Part shown: positions 38,560-50,145 of the stretch, one piece after another
Layout of the letters: each line of letters starts with the position of its first letter
Numbering within the stretch: position 1 is the first letter of the stretch
From: Mobula birostris
Lineage: Eukaryota
Assembly (NCBI RefSeq): GCF_030028105.1
Contig: NC_092400.1
Span: 18,042,001-18,106,000 of the forward strand
DNA: 64,000 bases
Direction: 5' to 3'
Made by a program: the position numbers and the translations under genes
The notes under the pieces: generated by a model
Told to the model about the DNA's origin: nothing
Database searches by the model: none
The model's input: the letters and a program-made list of their open reading frames with translations, nothing else

Positions 38560-40717
38560 TGTGCGAAAAAGCGGCCACACAGTCAAGATGTTTCAAAGGA
38601 GAGGAAACTCATTCAAAGACGAACAAACTTACAATCTGATCTTCTTCGAATGAGTTTGCTTCCCTCTCGGTGGAGTACATAGGCGGAGTGAAATAGTGAA
38701 GAGCACCAATAGGCTGTGCGATCAAATCAGCAAGTTCCGGGGAAACTGGAAGCATCAGCATTTAAATTATGAAGCAGACAATGAAATACATTCGGATTGA
38801 TCTGGAATCAAGCATCACTCGAGTCACGCATGGAAAAAGTAGGAGCTAGGGACAGATCGTTGCTGAATATATCTCCAGCGGCGTGAATCCTGAGATGTTA
38901 CTGTATGAACTGAGTGGAGGGAGAAGGATCAGCAGCAACACAGGCTCTTCCAATTCAGAAGCTCAGATCTGCTTCTGATGTGAGGTTATGGATGGACTCA
39001 AACAGTTTTTCAGAAATATATGCTTGACCAGGCGATAGAGATCACTGAACTTCATCCACGATCCAATCAGGTCTTCAACGCAACACTTGCTGCACATTGG
39101 CGCAAATGGCAGAACCTCTGTCTCACTGCACCTTGGGTTCAACATCTGACCCCGGGTTCCTCTGGGTGTGGAGTTTGCACATTCTCCATGTGACTACATG
39201 GCTATCCTCCAGCCTGCTGTAAATCGCTCCAAGTGTTTCAGAAGATATAGGTGCACCATTACTCTATTTGCCTCATTGAGGCTACTCTCCCATCTCATCA
39301 AGGCTGATCCATTTTCTCTCTCAGCTCCAATCTCCTGCCTTCTCCCCACATACCTTCATGCCCCGGCTAACCAAGAATCTGTCAACGTTTGCCTAAAATA
39401 TATCCAATACGCTGGCCTCCACAGCTACCTGCGGCAACGAATTGCACAGAGTCACCTCTCTCTGGCTAAAGAAATTCTTCCTCGTCTCCATTCTGAAAGG
39501 TGTCACTCTATTCTGAGGCTTTGCCCTCTGGTCTTAGATTCCCCCACCATAGGAAACATCCTCTCCGCATCCACTCCTCGTAGGTGGTAGAATGTGGGAG
39601 AAACCAAAGAGGTTATGGGGAAAATTCTTTAAAAGTAGCATTAACTTCATACTCGGGTAACCGGTGCTTGACGGTCACCAGAAACATAATGGGTCAAATC
39701 GCTCGTTTCTCACAGTGACTTCGTGCCTTACGGAAAAAATGTAAAATTTGTGTATCGAAAACCCAACAATTTTAAGTTGTTAGCTGCCATAAACCACAAT
39801 GAACATGCAGCTTATCACGCACATCGGACTGTGGCGAGTCTCGCCTCTTTTACCATAAAAGGAACTGTCAGCTCTTTTTAACCGTAACAGGACAATTGCA
39901 CCTGTACCCTTCCCAACCACCAAACGCATGCAGGTCAGTAGATATATGACCTATTGTAAGTTGCTCCTAGTGTTATGTTGGTGGTAGAATATGGGAGGAA
40001 TCAAAGAGGATGTGGGAGAATTTTTAAAAATTGGATTTTTTTTTGCTATAAATTGGAATACATATACCGTGTTGTGTATTTAATATTTCAGTAATAGTTG
40101 AGTAATCTTGCATGTATATTGGCTGAATAAATTTTAATTTTTATGTAAAATACGTTAATTGCAGACGTCTGCGCGCCTCGCTTAATGTAAAGGAACAAAC
40201 TTATGATTCGCAGCTTTCGGCAGTTATTTTGCTTTTAATTAGTTTAAAGTTTTGGAGTTACGAAACAACGCAAAGTCATTCAACTGGACATGCTTTATCA
40301 TGGTTGTCGGAAGGGAGGCAGTAATAGTTCCTCAGGCCACGATTGAACAGGGTGTTTGTGATGTGGTGAGGCAGTTCAGTCTATATTAAAGTTATTCACT
40401 GCTGCAGTGCTGCCCTACTCAGAGTAATAAATACCTGGCATACGTATGCATCCACGCACTTAAGACACAAACATATACTTGACCAAGCACACGTTTACTT
40501 AGTTTAGTATTTTAGAGTTTCAAACATAACCCAAAATCATTAAATGCTTTTGTTTCCTCAAGTTGATGCACGATATGGAGCACAAAGTGATCAAAACTGT
40601 TTTGAGACCCATATGGAATATAAAATTATGTCAGTCCAAATTATAACTCTTTTTGATGGGCTCACATTGCGCCATTGGTAGACGTGTGTGTTTCTGTATT
40701 TTTATTTATTTAGAGAT

Positions 40718-40948
40718 TCAGCACAGTAACACGCCCTTCCGGCTCACCGGGCTCCTGCCCAATTACTACCCACGTGGCCAATTAACCTACTAATCCATCG
40801 TTTTTGGAAAGTGTCAGGAAAGCGGAGCACCAGGAGGAAACACACGGTAACAGAATGAATGTACTTACTCGGTACAGACAGCAGTGGGAATTGAACCCAA
40901 GGTCGCAGGTGCTGTAATAGCGCTACACTAACCGCTATCCTACCATGC
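40718..40948 (-). mobile_element. V-SINE (HE1-like)
   Basis: Reverse complement has a tRNA-like head (ggtagg..gcggttagtg..gggttcaattcc) and the V-domain gtgtgtttcctcctggtgctccgctttcc; partial paralogues at ~9290-9400 and ~30440-30545. Confidence 0.7.
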
Positions 40949-43127
40949 TACCTCAAACAAATTCTATCAACGACTAGGAACAAATGCCGGTTCTGCAATT
41001 CTCAGAGGCCTTCCTGTCATCTTGCTTACATTGCAGAGTTCTTGGGCCACCTTAAAACGGTGATCGAACGTTAAATTCGTCAGAACGATGACGCTGTCAG
41101 ACAATCAAGTTTGACAAAGTCATAAATATCTTGAGGTGACATGGAAAATCTCCAAAAATCCAGTGCTTCTCAGTTACAAAGTCATCACCCTGCAATGGGA
41201 CATGACAACACATCAACAGTGTCCGCAAATACCAGATTCAGCGAATACACAGTTCTGCATTTGAATTCCACAATTTTGAACTCCTGGGGTATAGGTAGGG
41301 TCGATGCAAGCACGCTTTTTCCACTGAGGGGTTGGGTGGGACGGCAACTAGAGGTTATCAGTTAAGGGCGAATGGTGAAAAGTTAAGGGGAACGTGAGCG
41401 GAAACTTTTTCATTCAGAGGGTCGCGAGAGTGTGGAAGGAGCTGCCATCACAAATGTTGCATGCAAGTTCGATTTCAATGTTTGATAGAAGTTTGGATGG
41501 TAGATACATGGAGGGCTATGGTCCTGTGCAGGTTAACGGAAGTAGGCAGTTTAAATGGTTCAGCACAGACTAGACAGGCCAAAGGGCCTGTTACTCTGCT
41601 GTACTTTTCTATGACTCTAATTTTACACGTCGCAGTAAACACAGTAACAATACTTCAGAGACAATTAAGGAAAATGATCATAAATGAAGTTCTGTGTACA
41701 GCAAAATTCAGAGCATTAATGTTGCAGTCCATATTTATTAACATTCCTCCCAGAAATCACAAGATTTAATGCAACGAAATATATCTGGCATTACTATCAG
41801 AATTTTATAGGTTATAGCATACAACTGTATGATACTTCAACTTGATATTAAGTACATAAACCATCTGTATGGTCCTATAAAAACTGTAAACCTTTGTTTG
41901 GTATTCAGATTTCACTCCTAATTCTGTTGAAATGCAATTTCTCTATCTGAATAAAACTTCCCCAATTGGAAACTCACCCTACTCCAGCTCGCGACACAAA
42001 CTGGTAAATTGTTCCAGCAGGTGCCCTCAATGAGATGAGCAGAATATTATTCAAATCCAACACATTGATAATACAGAATTGCTGTTCCGTACACTTTACT
42101 CACAGAGTACAGAGAGACAACAGTATTCCCAGTGTAGATTTTCTGTTACCACAACGATCTGCTGAATGAAATTTTCAAAGTGAAGAAGGACACTACCATG
42201 GCTGACAAGTGAAGTCAGAGCCAAAGTAAAAGCAAAAGAGAGGACATACCAAGAACCCTGAGCTAGTGGGAAGATAGAGGATTGGGGAGCTTTTAAAAAC
42301 TTGCAGAAGGAAACTAAGAAGGTCATTCAGAAGGAAAAGATGAATTATGAAAGGAGGCTGGTGACTAATATCAAAGAAGATACTAAAAGCTTTTTTAAGT
42401 ATATAAGGGGTAAAAGAGAGTCAAGGGTAGATATAGGACCAATAGAAAATGACGTTGGAGATGTTGTAATGAGAGATGCAGAGATGGCAGAGGTACTAAA
42501 TGCGTATTTTGCATCAGTCTTCACTGTGGAAGACATCTGCAGTATACCCGACATTCAAGAGTGTCAGGGAAGTGAAGTATGTACAGTGAAAATTACGACT
42601 GAGAAGGTGCTCAGGAAGCTTAATGATCTGAGGGTGAATAAATCTCCTGGACCTGAGGAGTGCACCCTCGGGTTCTGAAGGAAGCAGCTGGAGAGATTAC
42701 GGAGGCATTAAGGATGATCTTTCAAGAATTGATCGATCCTGGCATTGTACCGGATGACTGGAAAATTGCATATTCCGCTGTTAGCCTGTTACCCTGACAT
42801 CAGTGGTTGGGAAGTTGTTGGAATCAATTGTTAGGGATGAGATTACGGAGTACTTGGAGGCACATGACAAGATAGGCCACATCCAGCATGGTTTCCTGAA
42901 AAGAAAATCCTGCCTGACAAACCTACTGCAAGACTTCGAAGAAATTACAAGCAGGATAGACAAAGGAGATGCAGTGGACATGGTGTACTTGAATTTTTCA
43001 GAAGGCACTTGACACGGTGCCGCACATGAGGCTGCTTAGCAAGGTAAGAGCCCATGGAATTACAGGGAAGTTACTAGCATGGGTGGAAAATTGGCTGGTC
43101 GGCAGAAAACAGAGTGAGAATAAAGGG

Positions 43128-44731
43128 TGTTACAATGCGGTGTTTGGGAAGCGGACCCAAGAGCAGGACACAGACACATAAGTAGCATTAACAGGTGCGA
43201 TTATAACAGGTGCCAGGAAGGCTGGGGAGCGAGGATTAGATGCTGACGGGGACCTTAACATTGGACAACAAACCAGAGGAGTCTGGTCTTGGACTTGACC
43301 TGGACTTGGACTCGGAACCTGGACTTGGACGTGAACTGGACTCGGAGCCGGGACTTGGACTAGAACTGGACATCGAGCCTGGACTTGGACTTGAACCCAG
43401 GAGCCTGGACTTGGATTCTGACTTGAACCCAGGAGCTTGGACTTGGACTCGGACTCGGACACAGAGCCTGGACTTGGAACCGGAGCCTGAACGTGGACTT
43501 GGACTTCAGCCTGGACTTGAATTTGGACTTGGACATGGAGAGACAGATTACCCAACTCGGAGTAGCAGCAAACAACTGGATCTACTCAGCTGGAAATGAG
43601 GCCACCAAACTAAACAACAATATACAATCCATATCTTGACACGGAGTAGCTCATGAAGCGGCAAATGGCCAGCAATCACTCAGCTGGACACGAAGAGACA
43701 GAATTCCTAACTCAGTGTAGCAGCAAACGGCCAGACCTACTCAGCTGGAAATGAGACGACTAACCCAACCAATGACTGACAATATGAATTTTGACATGGA
43801 GTAGCTCATGAAGCAGCAAACAGCCAGTAAAACTCAACTGGACGGCAGGTTCCTGACTCGACTCAGGAACTGCGGACGGCAGGCTCTCGACTTGGCCCAG
43901 GAACTGCGGACGGCAGGCCCTCGACTCGACCCGACCCAGGAACTGCGGACGGCAGGCTCTCGACTTGGCCCAGGAACTGCGGACGGCAGGCCCTCGACTC
44001 GACCTGACCCAGGAACTGCGGACGGCAGGCTCTCGACTTGGCCCAGGAACTGCGGACGGCAGGCTCTCGACTTGGCCCAGGAACTGCGGACGGCAGGCCC
44101 TCGACTCAACCCGACCCAGGAACTGTGGACGGCAGGCTCTCGACTCGACCTGACCCAGGAACTGCGGACGGCAGGCTCTCGACTTGGCCCAGGAACTGCG
44201 GACGGCAGGCCCTCGACTCGACCTGACCCAGGAACTGTGGACGGCAGGCTCTCGACTTGGCCCAGGAACTGCGGACGGCAGGCTCTCGACTTGGCCCAGG
44301 AACTGCGGACGGCAGGCTCTCGACTTGGCCCAGGAACTGCGGACGGCAGGCTCTCGACTTGGCCCAGGAACTGCGGACGGCAGGCTCTCGACTTGGCCCA
44401 GGAACTGCGGACGGCAGGCTCTCGACTTGGCCCAGGAACTGCGGACGGCAGGCTCTCGACTTCGCCCAGGAACTGCGGACGTCAGGCCCTCGACTCGACC
44501 CGACCCAGGAACTGCGGACAGCAGGCACTCGACTCCACCCACTCGTTCTCGGCGGCCTGGAACGAGCATAACCACACTGCTGAGCTGACGAACCAGCAGC
44601 AAGTAGCTGTAAGCCAGAGTCTTTATGCTGCCAGTTCGAATGAGGATCAGGTGCCCTCATCAAGGAGCCCAGTGGAACACAGGGAAAAGGAAATTAACTG
44701 AAATGAGGAGTCAATGGACCGGACCGTGACA
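43128..44731 (-). mobile_element. Solo LTR containing a GC-rich minisatellite
   Basis: TGTTA...TGACA ends; 5-bp TSD AAGGG (43123-43127, 44732-44736); ends homologous to 7049-8272. Confidence 0.88.
43858..44532. repeat. Minisatellite, ~19 units of 34/39 bp (ccaggaactgcggacggcaggctctcgacttggc and a longer variant)
   Basis: Near-identical tandem units directly visible. Confidence 0.95.
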
Positions 44732-45776
44732 AAGGGATCCTATTCTGGCTGGATGCCAGTTACCAGTAGAGTTCCACAGGGGTTGGTGTTGGGACCGCTG
44801 CTTTTACGATGTATGTCAATGATTTGGACTAGGTATTAATGAATTTGTGGCAAAATTTGCCGATGATACAAAGATAGGTGGAGGAGTGGGTAGTGTTGAG
44901 GAAACAAAGAGCCTGCAGAAAGACTTAGATAGTTTAGGGGAATGGGCAAAGAAATGGTAAATGGAACACAATGTTAGAAAGTGTATGGTCATGCACTTTG
45001 GTGGAAAAAATAAACGGGTAGGCTGTTAGTTAGATTCAAAATGCAAAGATGCGAAGAGACTTGGGAGTCCTTGTGCAAGATACCCTAAAGGTTAACCACC
45101 AAGTTGAGTCGGTTGTGAAGAAGGCAAATGCAAAGTTGGCATTTATTTCTAGAGGTATAGAATATAAGAGCATGGATGTGATGTTGAGGCTCTACAAGGC
45201 ACTCGTGAGACCACACTTGGAGTATTGTGTGCAGTTTTGGGCTCCTTATTTTAGAAAGGATATACTGACATTGGAGAGGGTTCAGAGAAGATACATGAGA
45301 ATGATTTCAGGAATGAAAGGGTTACCATATGAGGAATGTCTGGCAGCTCTTGGGCTGTATTCCCTGGAGTTCACGATAATGAGGGGGGATCTCATAGAAA
45401 CATTCCAAATGTTAAAAGGCCTGAACAGATTAGATATGGCAAAGTTATTTCCCATGGTAAGGGATTCCAGGGCAAGAGGGCACCACTTCAGAATTGAAGG
45501 ACGTCCTTTTAGAACTGAGATGTGGAGGAACTACTTTCGTCAGAGGGTGGTAAACCTGTGGAATTTGTTGCCACGTACGGCTGTGGAGGCCACGCCACTG
45601 AGTGGATTTAAGGCAGAGATAGACAGGTTCTTGATTAGCCAAGGCATCAAAGGGTATGGGGAAAAAGCAGGGGAGTGGGAATGACTGGAGGAGTTGGATC
45701 AGCCCATGATTGAATGGTGGAGCAGACTCAATGGGCCAAATGGCCTATTTTTGCTCCTATATCTTATGGTCTTAAT

Positions 45777-46083
45777 CGTGTTGGCGCGCGGCCAAGTAGT
45801 TAAGGCGTTTGTCTAGTGATCTGAAGGTCGCTAGTTCGAGCCTTGGCTGAAGCAACGTGTTGTGTCCTTGAGCAAGGCACTTAACCACACATTGCTCTGC
45901 GACGACACCAGTGCCAAGCTGTATGGGTCTTAATGCCCTTCCCTTGGACAACATCAGTAGCGTGGAGAGGGGAGACTTGCAGCATGGGCAACTGCCAGTC
46001 TTCCATACAACCTTGCCCAGGCCTGCACCCTGGAAACCTTCCAAGGCGCAAGTCCACGGTCTCACAAGACTAACGGATGCCAA
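45777..46083 (+). mobile_element. Full-length tRNA-derived SINE with a CORE-like block
   Basis: A box (ggccaagtag), B box (gttcgagcc), gtgtccttgagcaaggcacttaac block; perfect 12-bp TSD tatggtcttaat. Confidence 0.85.
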
Positions 46084-47917
46084 TATGGTCTTAATGAAAG
46101 TTAAAAGTGATTTCTGATCTCTTTCTTGCAGCCTGGACGTGATTTATCATGGCTGTTGGAGGGGAGGCAGCAATCATGGTGTTTGGGATGTGGTGAGGCA
46201 GTTCAGCCTATATTAAAGTCATTCACTGCTGCACTGCTGCCCTACTCCTACTAATAAATACCTGGCATACATGTGCATGCATATAACACACAAACATATA
46301 CGTGACCACGCACATGCACACAAACCATGCATTGCACTAAGTTCTTCCACATGCTTGTCACCACAATCCAACTGACTGCGTGTGTGCAGTTGTGAATGTG
46401 TGTGCATATACATGTTTAGGTTCACGTGGGTAAGTGTGAAATAATCAGACAAAGAACACCAGAAATATTTTGATTAGATCCTGGGGAATAAAAGAACTTA
46501 CTAACTCAGTATCCCGTGGTTGCCCTTGATTCTTCATAAAGAATTTTCAGTGTTCATTCCTTTCAACACTGCCACGTTGTGTTGGAGTTCTTTGTTGCAA
46601 ACAATGATCCACAAAGTCATTTCGAAGGAACTCAAACAAGAGAAAGTCTGCTGGAAATCCAAGCAACACACACAAAATGCTGGGAGAACTCAGCAGGCCA
46701 GGTGGCATCTACAAAAAAAAGTACAGTCGATGTTTCCGGCCGAGACCCTTCCGCAGGACTTTCAAGATCAAATAAGTTGCTGCTGTTTGACATTCCTAGA
46801 TGGGTCTCAACAGGTAAGCAAAATTATTTTAATATTAGTAAATCAGAGCAGATTTTATAATAACCTGGTAACTTCTTTGATACCTATAACACATAGGAGA
46901 AGAATTAGTCCATTCAGCTCATCGACTCTGTTCTACCATTCCATCACGGTAGCTTTACTATCGCTCTGAACCCATTCTCATGCCTTCTGGCCAGTAGTTG
47001 GCAATCAAGAACTTATCAACCTCTGCTTTAAATATACCCAATGACTTGGCCTCCACAACCACCTCTGGCAGTGAAATCCACAGACTGACCACCCTCAGGT
47101 TAAAGAAAATCCTCCATAACTTCTGAATACTGATCACCTTCCTGTAATACTGACCAACATTTTTTAATACTGATAATCCTTCTTTATTCCAGGTTTCTAT
47201 TTTATTTAGGGAAAATAAATTCCCCAGCTTTGAGTTGGTGCTTCACTTCCTGTATCCAGTTCACTAGAAGAGGTTTTTATCTTTATCAAATGCAGTAGCC
47301 TAATCCCAGTACTGTCATGATAGGGGTACATGCAATTTAACACCAGTCCAGCCACCCCTTACATCGTCACCTTGCTATTGACTGAAAGTCTGCAGGTGAT
47401 TGCACCTGGTTGAATAATATTTGCACAGACTCCACTGGACAGTCAGTCAACCTGAGGATGTCCCACTATAACAGGTAGAAACTAGCTACAAGCGAGACAC
47501 ATTTGCTGAGGTCATCTGAGGAAGCAATTCCCTATCTAGAAAGAGGAAATCTTAAATATCCACAAAACATATAGAACCCTTTCCTTTAAAGCAGCCGTTG
47601 CCAACCTGGGGTCCACGGACCTCTTACTGGTAGGGCTCCATGACAAGTAAAAGATTGGGAACTCATACTTTAAAAAAGGTCAGGTTTCTTAATGAACAAT
47701 CTCTGAAATAAAGTTACTTATGTAGATAAGATGCAGTATCTTCTTCACAAAAAAGGGAACTGCATTTCAGAACTTGTTAGTTAAGATCGACTTATGTGGC
47801 AGCAACATATTCAGATATATTCAATTTCTGCGTTAAGGCACATTCATCAGATTTGCTTTGACCACATATCAAGAGCATCGAATTTCACGCAGACCGGAGG
47901 CGATGAGATGCAGTTAA

Positions 47918-48196
47918 GAGGTGCAGCCGACGTTTCAGGCCGAGACCTTTCGTCAGGACTAACTGAAGGAAGAGCTAGTAAGGGATTTGAAAGTGGGAGG
48001 GGGAGGGGGAGGGGGCGATCCAAAATGATAGGAGAAGACAGGAGGGGGAGGGATGGAGCCAAGAGCTGGACAGGTGATTGGCAAAGGGGATATGAGCACC
48101 TCTTCCTACAGATGCTGCCTGGCCTGCTGCGTTCACCAGCAACTTTGATGTGTGTTGCTTGAATTTCCAGCATCTGCAGAATTCCTGTTGTTTGGT
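47918..48196. mobile_element. Penelope pLTR fragment with inverted 5' part, inside the tail of GPCR copy 4
   Basis: Perfect 14-bp TSD tgagatgcagttaa (47904-47917, 48197-48210); minus-strand segment followed by a plus-strand pLTR segment. Confidence 0.87.
47925..47960 (-). ncRNA. Minimal type I hammerhead ribozyme motif (Penelope-associated)
   Basis: Minus strand agtc-CTGACGA-a-agg-tctcgg-cct-GAAA-c-GTC-ggct: intact CUGANGA and GAAA cores, short stem II, GUC site, stem I agtc/ggct. Confidence 0.72.
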
Positions 48197-49961
48197 TGAG
48201 ATGCAGTTAACAGCCCGTTTGTTGATCTACAGTCTGCTCCTCTTTGGAAATTATTCATTGTTCAGTGGCTGGTCTGGAAGAACTTAAATTAAGACGAAAT
48301 AGATTTATCTCCACAGTATCTTTAAGTTGCGAAATTGAAAAATAGTTATGAAAAACGTATTGTAAAAGATATTTACTGCTGTGTGATACGACTTGCTGTC
48401 GAATGTACTTAGTTTAGTCACCAAAACCGCGACCACAGCAACACTGGTGGGCAAGAAGCAAATGACAAAAACTGCAGCCACGGCTATCACAAGTTTCACA
48501 GTTCGCTTATATTTAGCCCGCATTCCAGCTTCCATCTGCCGTAACCTCCAGATGATGGAGGACGTAGAGAACAGGATAACTGAAACTGGCAAAAGAAACT
48601 GAAAAAATATAAAAATAAAGTCAGTCCAAACTGCTGTGGAAGCCAGAGCCTTGTTTATGCTGAAAGGCTCACAGTTTGTCAGGTTGTGTTGTTCGAAGAG
48701 ATGTTTGTCTATCAGCAAGTGCAAGCAAATAGCCACCGCTACAATCCACAGACCGCCTGCTATCATCACCGCACACCTTGTAGAGATCCTGTTTACCTTG
48801 TGGAGTGGATGGACCACCTTAAAGTAACGATCGATTGCTATAACCATGAGGAAAAAGACGCTGCCAATCCGGTTCAGGGAAATCGTGAAAACGTTCACTC
48901 GACACAGTCCATCACCAAAAATCCAGTCCTTCCCTCGGAGAAAATAATCAGCTCGAAAGGGTAGACAGCACATTAACAGAGTGTCTGCAATCATGAGATT
49001 CAGTGAATACACAATTCTTGGTTTCCGCGACTTCACATGAACACAAAAGATCCACAAAGCAATCGTATTTCCAGTAAGCCCGAGGATGAATGTGACGATA
49101 ATTACGAGCGGGTTGTAGGACCAGTTAACGTCTTAATCAGGAGCACATTGCGAGCCCGAGTCCGTCATTGTGCGAAAAAGTCAAGGTGTGTCCGGGCAGA
49201 GCAAACTTATTCGGAGACGAACAACCTGAAAAGCTGAACTTTTTTCGAATGAATTTGCTCCCTCTCGGTGCAGTATATGGGCGGAGTCAAATATTCAGAC
49301 ACCAGTAAGTTGTGCAATCAATTCATCAAGTTCCAGGAAAACTAGAAGCATGGGCATTCAAATTAAGCAGCAAACAATGAAATATATTTAGAACCTGACG
49401 ACATTTGACATCAAAGTCCATTTGGATAGGAATGAAAAACATAAAACGCAGAAAAGTCCCAGCGTGTCAATTGTGGAAAGAAAAACAGAGCTTGCGCTTC
49501 AGTATGTAGGTCTTTCATTTTTTTCGATTTCAGCTGTTTTTGATTGTTTGATATCAGCGAAGGAATTGTGATTCAGCTTGAGTGACATGTCTACTGAACA
49601 GAATGGTTTCAAAATATCTGAGTGGATGAAGATCTATCCTGGTGTGCAATGGGGATGCAGGGGGGCATGATGGGATCAGGGAAGAGGAAACAGTCAAAGC
49701 AGCAGAGGGCTTCAGAGTTATCACAGGCATCTGTGATCCATGAGCTTGTGAGGAGCCAGTAGAAACAAACTGTAAGTTATGAAACTCTCGCTGGAGGGTA
49801 AATAGAGTCTTCTGGGGAAATATGTCAGGGATTCCTATGGGAGGTAAAAGCCTGATACTCAGTGGTGGGTCGTGATCCCATTGGAAATACGAGATGGTGT
49901 CCAGGAGCTGACATTCAGGAGAGAGTAATTTGCACGAGCACTCTCACGCTGTCCTTGTCAG

Positions 49962-50145
49962 ACCAACTCATTCGAAGATGAACAATCTTATAAACTGATC
50001 TTCTTCGAATGAGTTTGTTCCCCTCTGGGTGCAGCATATGGGTGGATTGAATTAGTCAGAGTTGTGCGATGAAATCATCATGTTCCAGGAAATCTGGAGG
50101 CTTAAGCATTCAGATTAAGGAGCAGACAATGAAATATATGTGATT
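49962..50145 (-). promoter_or_regulatory. Orphan copy of the receptor upstream block with no coding sequence
   Basis: Aligns with 21865-22050 (copy-2 type, sharing the loss of gcaccaataa and the cattcagattaaggagcagac segment) but abuts a different cassette block at ~49960. Confidence 0.7.

Larger units (their letters stand above)
42172..45776 (+). mobile_element. Degraded 5'-truncated CR1 LINE with a nested solo LTR
   Basis: KSFFKYI, KSPGP, QHGF, FADDTK and LVRPHLEYCVQFW fragments with stops and frameshifts; tatggtct tail; TSD aatgaaa (42165-42171, 46093-46099). Confidence 0.9.
47880..49168 (-). pseudogene. HCAR-like GPCR copy 4 (pseudogene)
   Basis: ATG at 49168, TAA at codon 12 (49133-49135); deletion near 48345 removes TM7 YLNSVVDPIIYY with a frameshift; Penelope fragment inserted in the tail-coding region (47918-48196). 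Confidence 0.9.

Noticed and set aside
43858-44532. CRISPR-like regular repeats, and long repetitive ORFs on both strands (43760-44701)
   Set aside because: Units are head-to-tail with no unique spacers, there are no cas genes, and the array lies inside a TSD-bounded LTR; the ORFs arise from a stop-free GC-rich unit.
45780-45855. Possible tRNA gene
   Set aside because: It is the head of a 307-bp SINE with a TSD; I see no convincing acceptor stem or T-run terminator.
48305-49057. 250-aa ORF as a functional short receptor
   Set aside because: It starts at a non-ATG codon inside TM1 after a nonsense codon, and lacks the TM7 DPxxY and helix 8.
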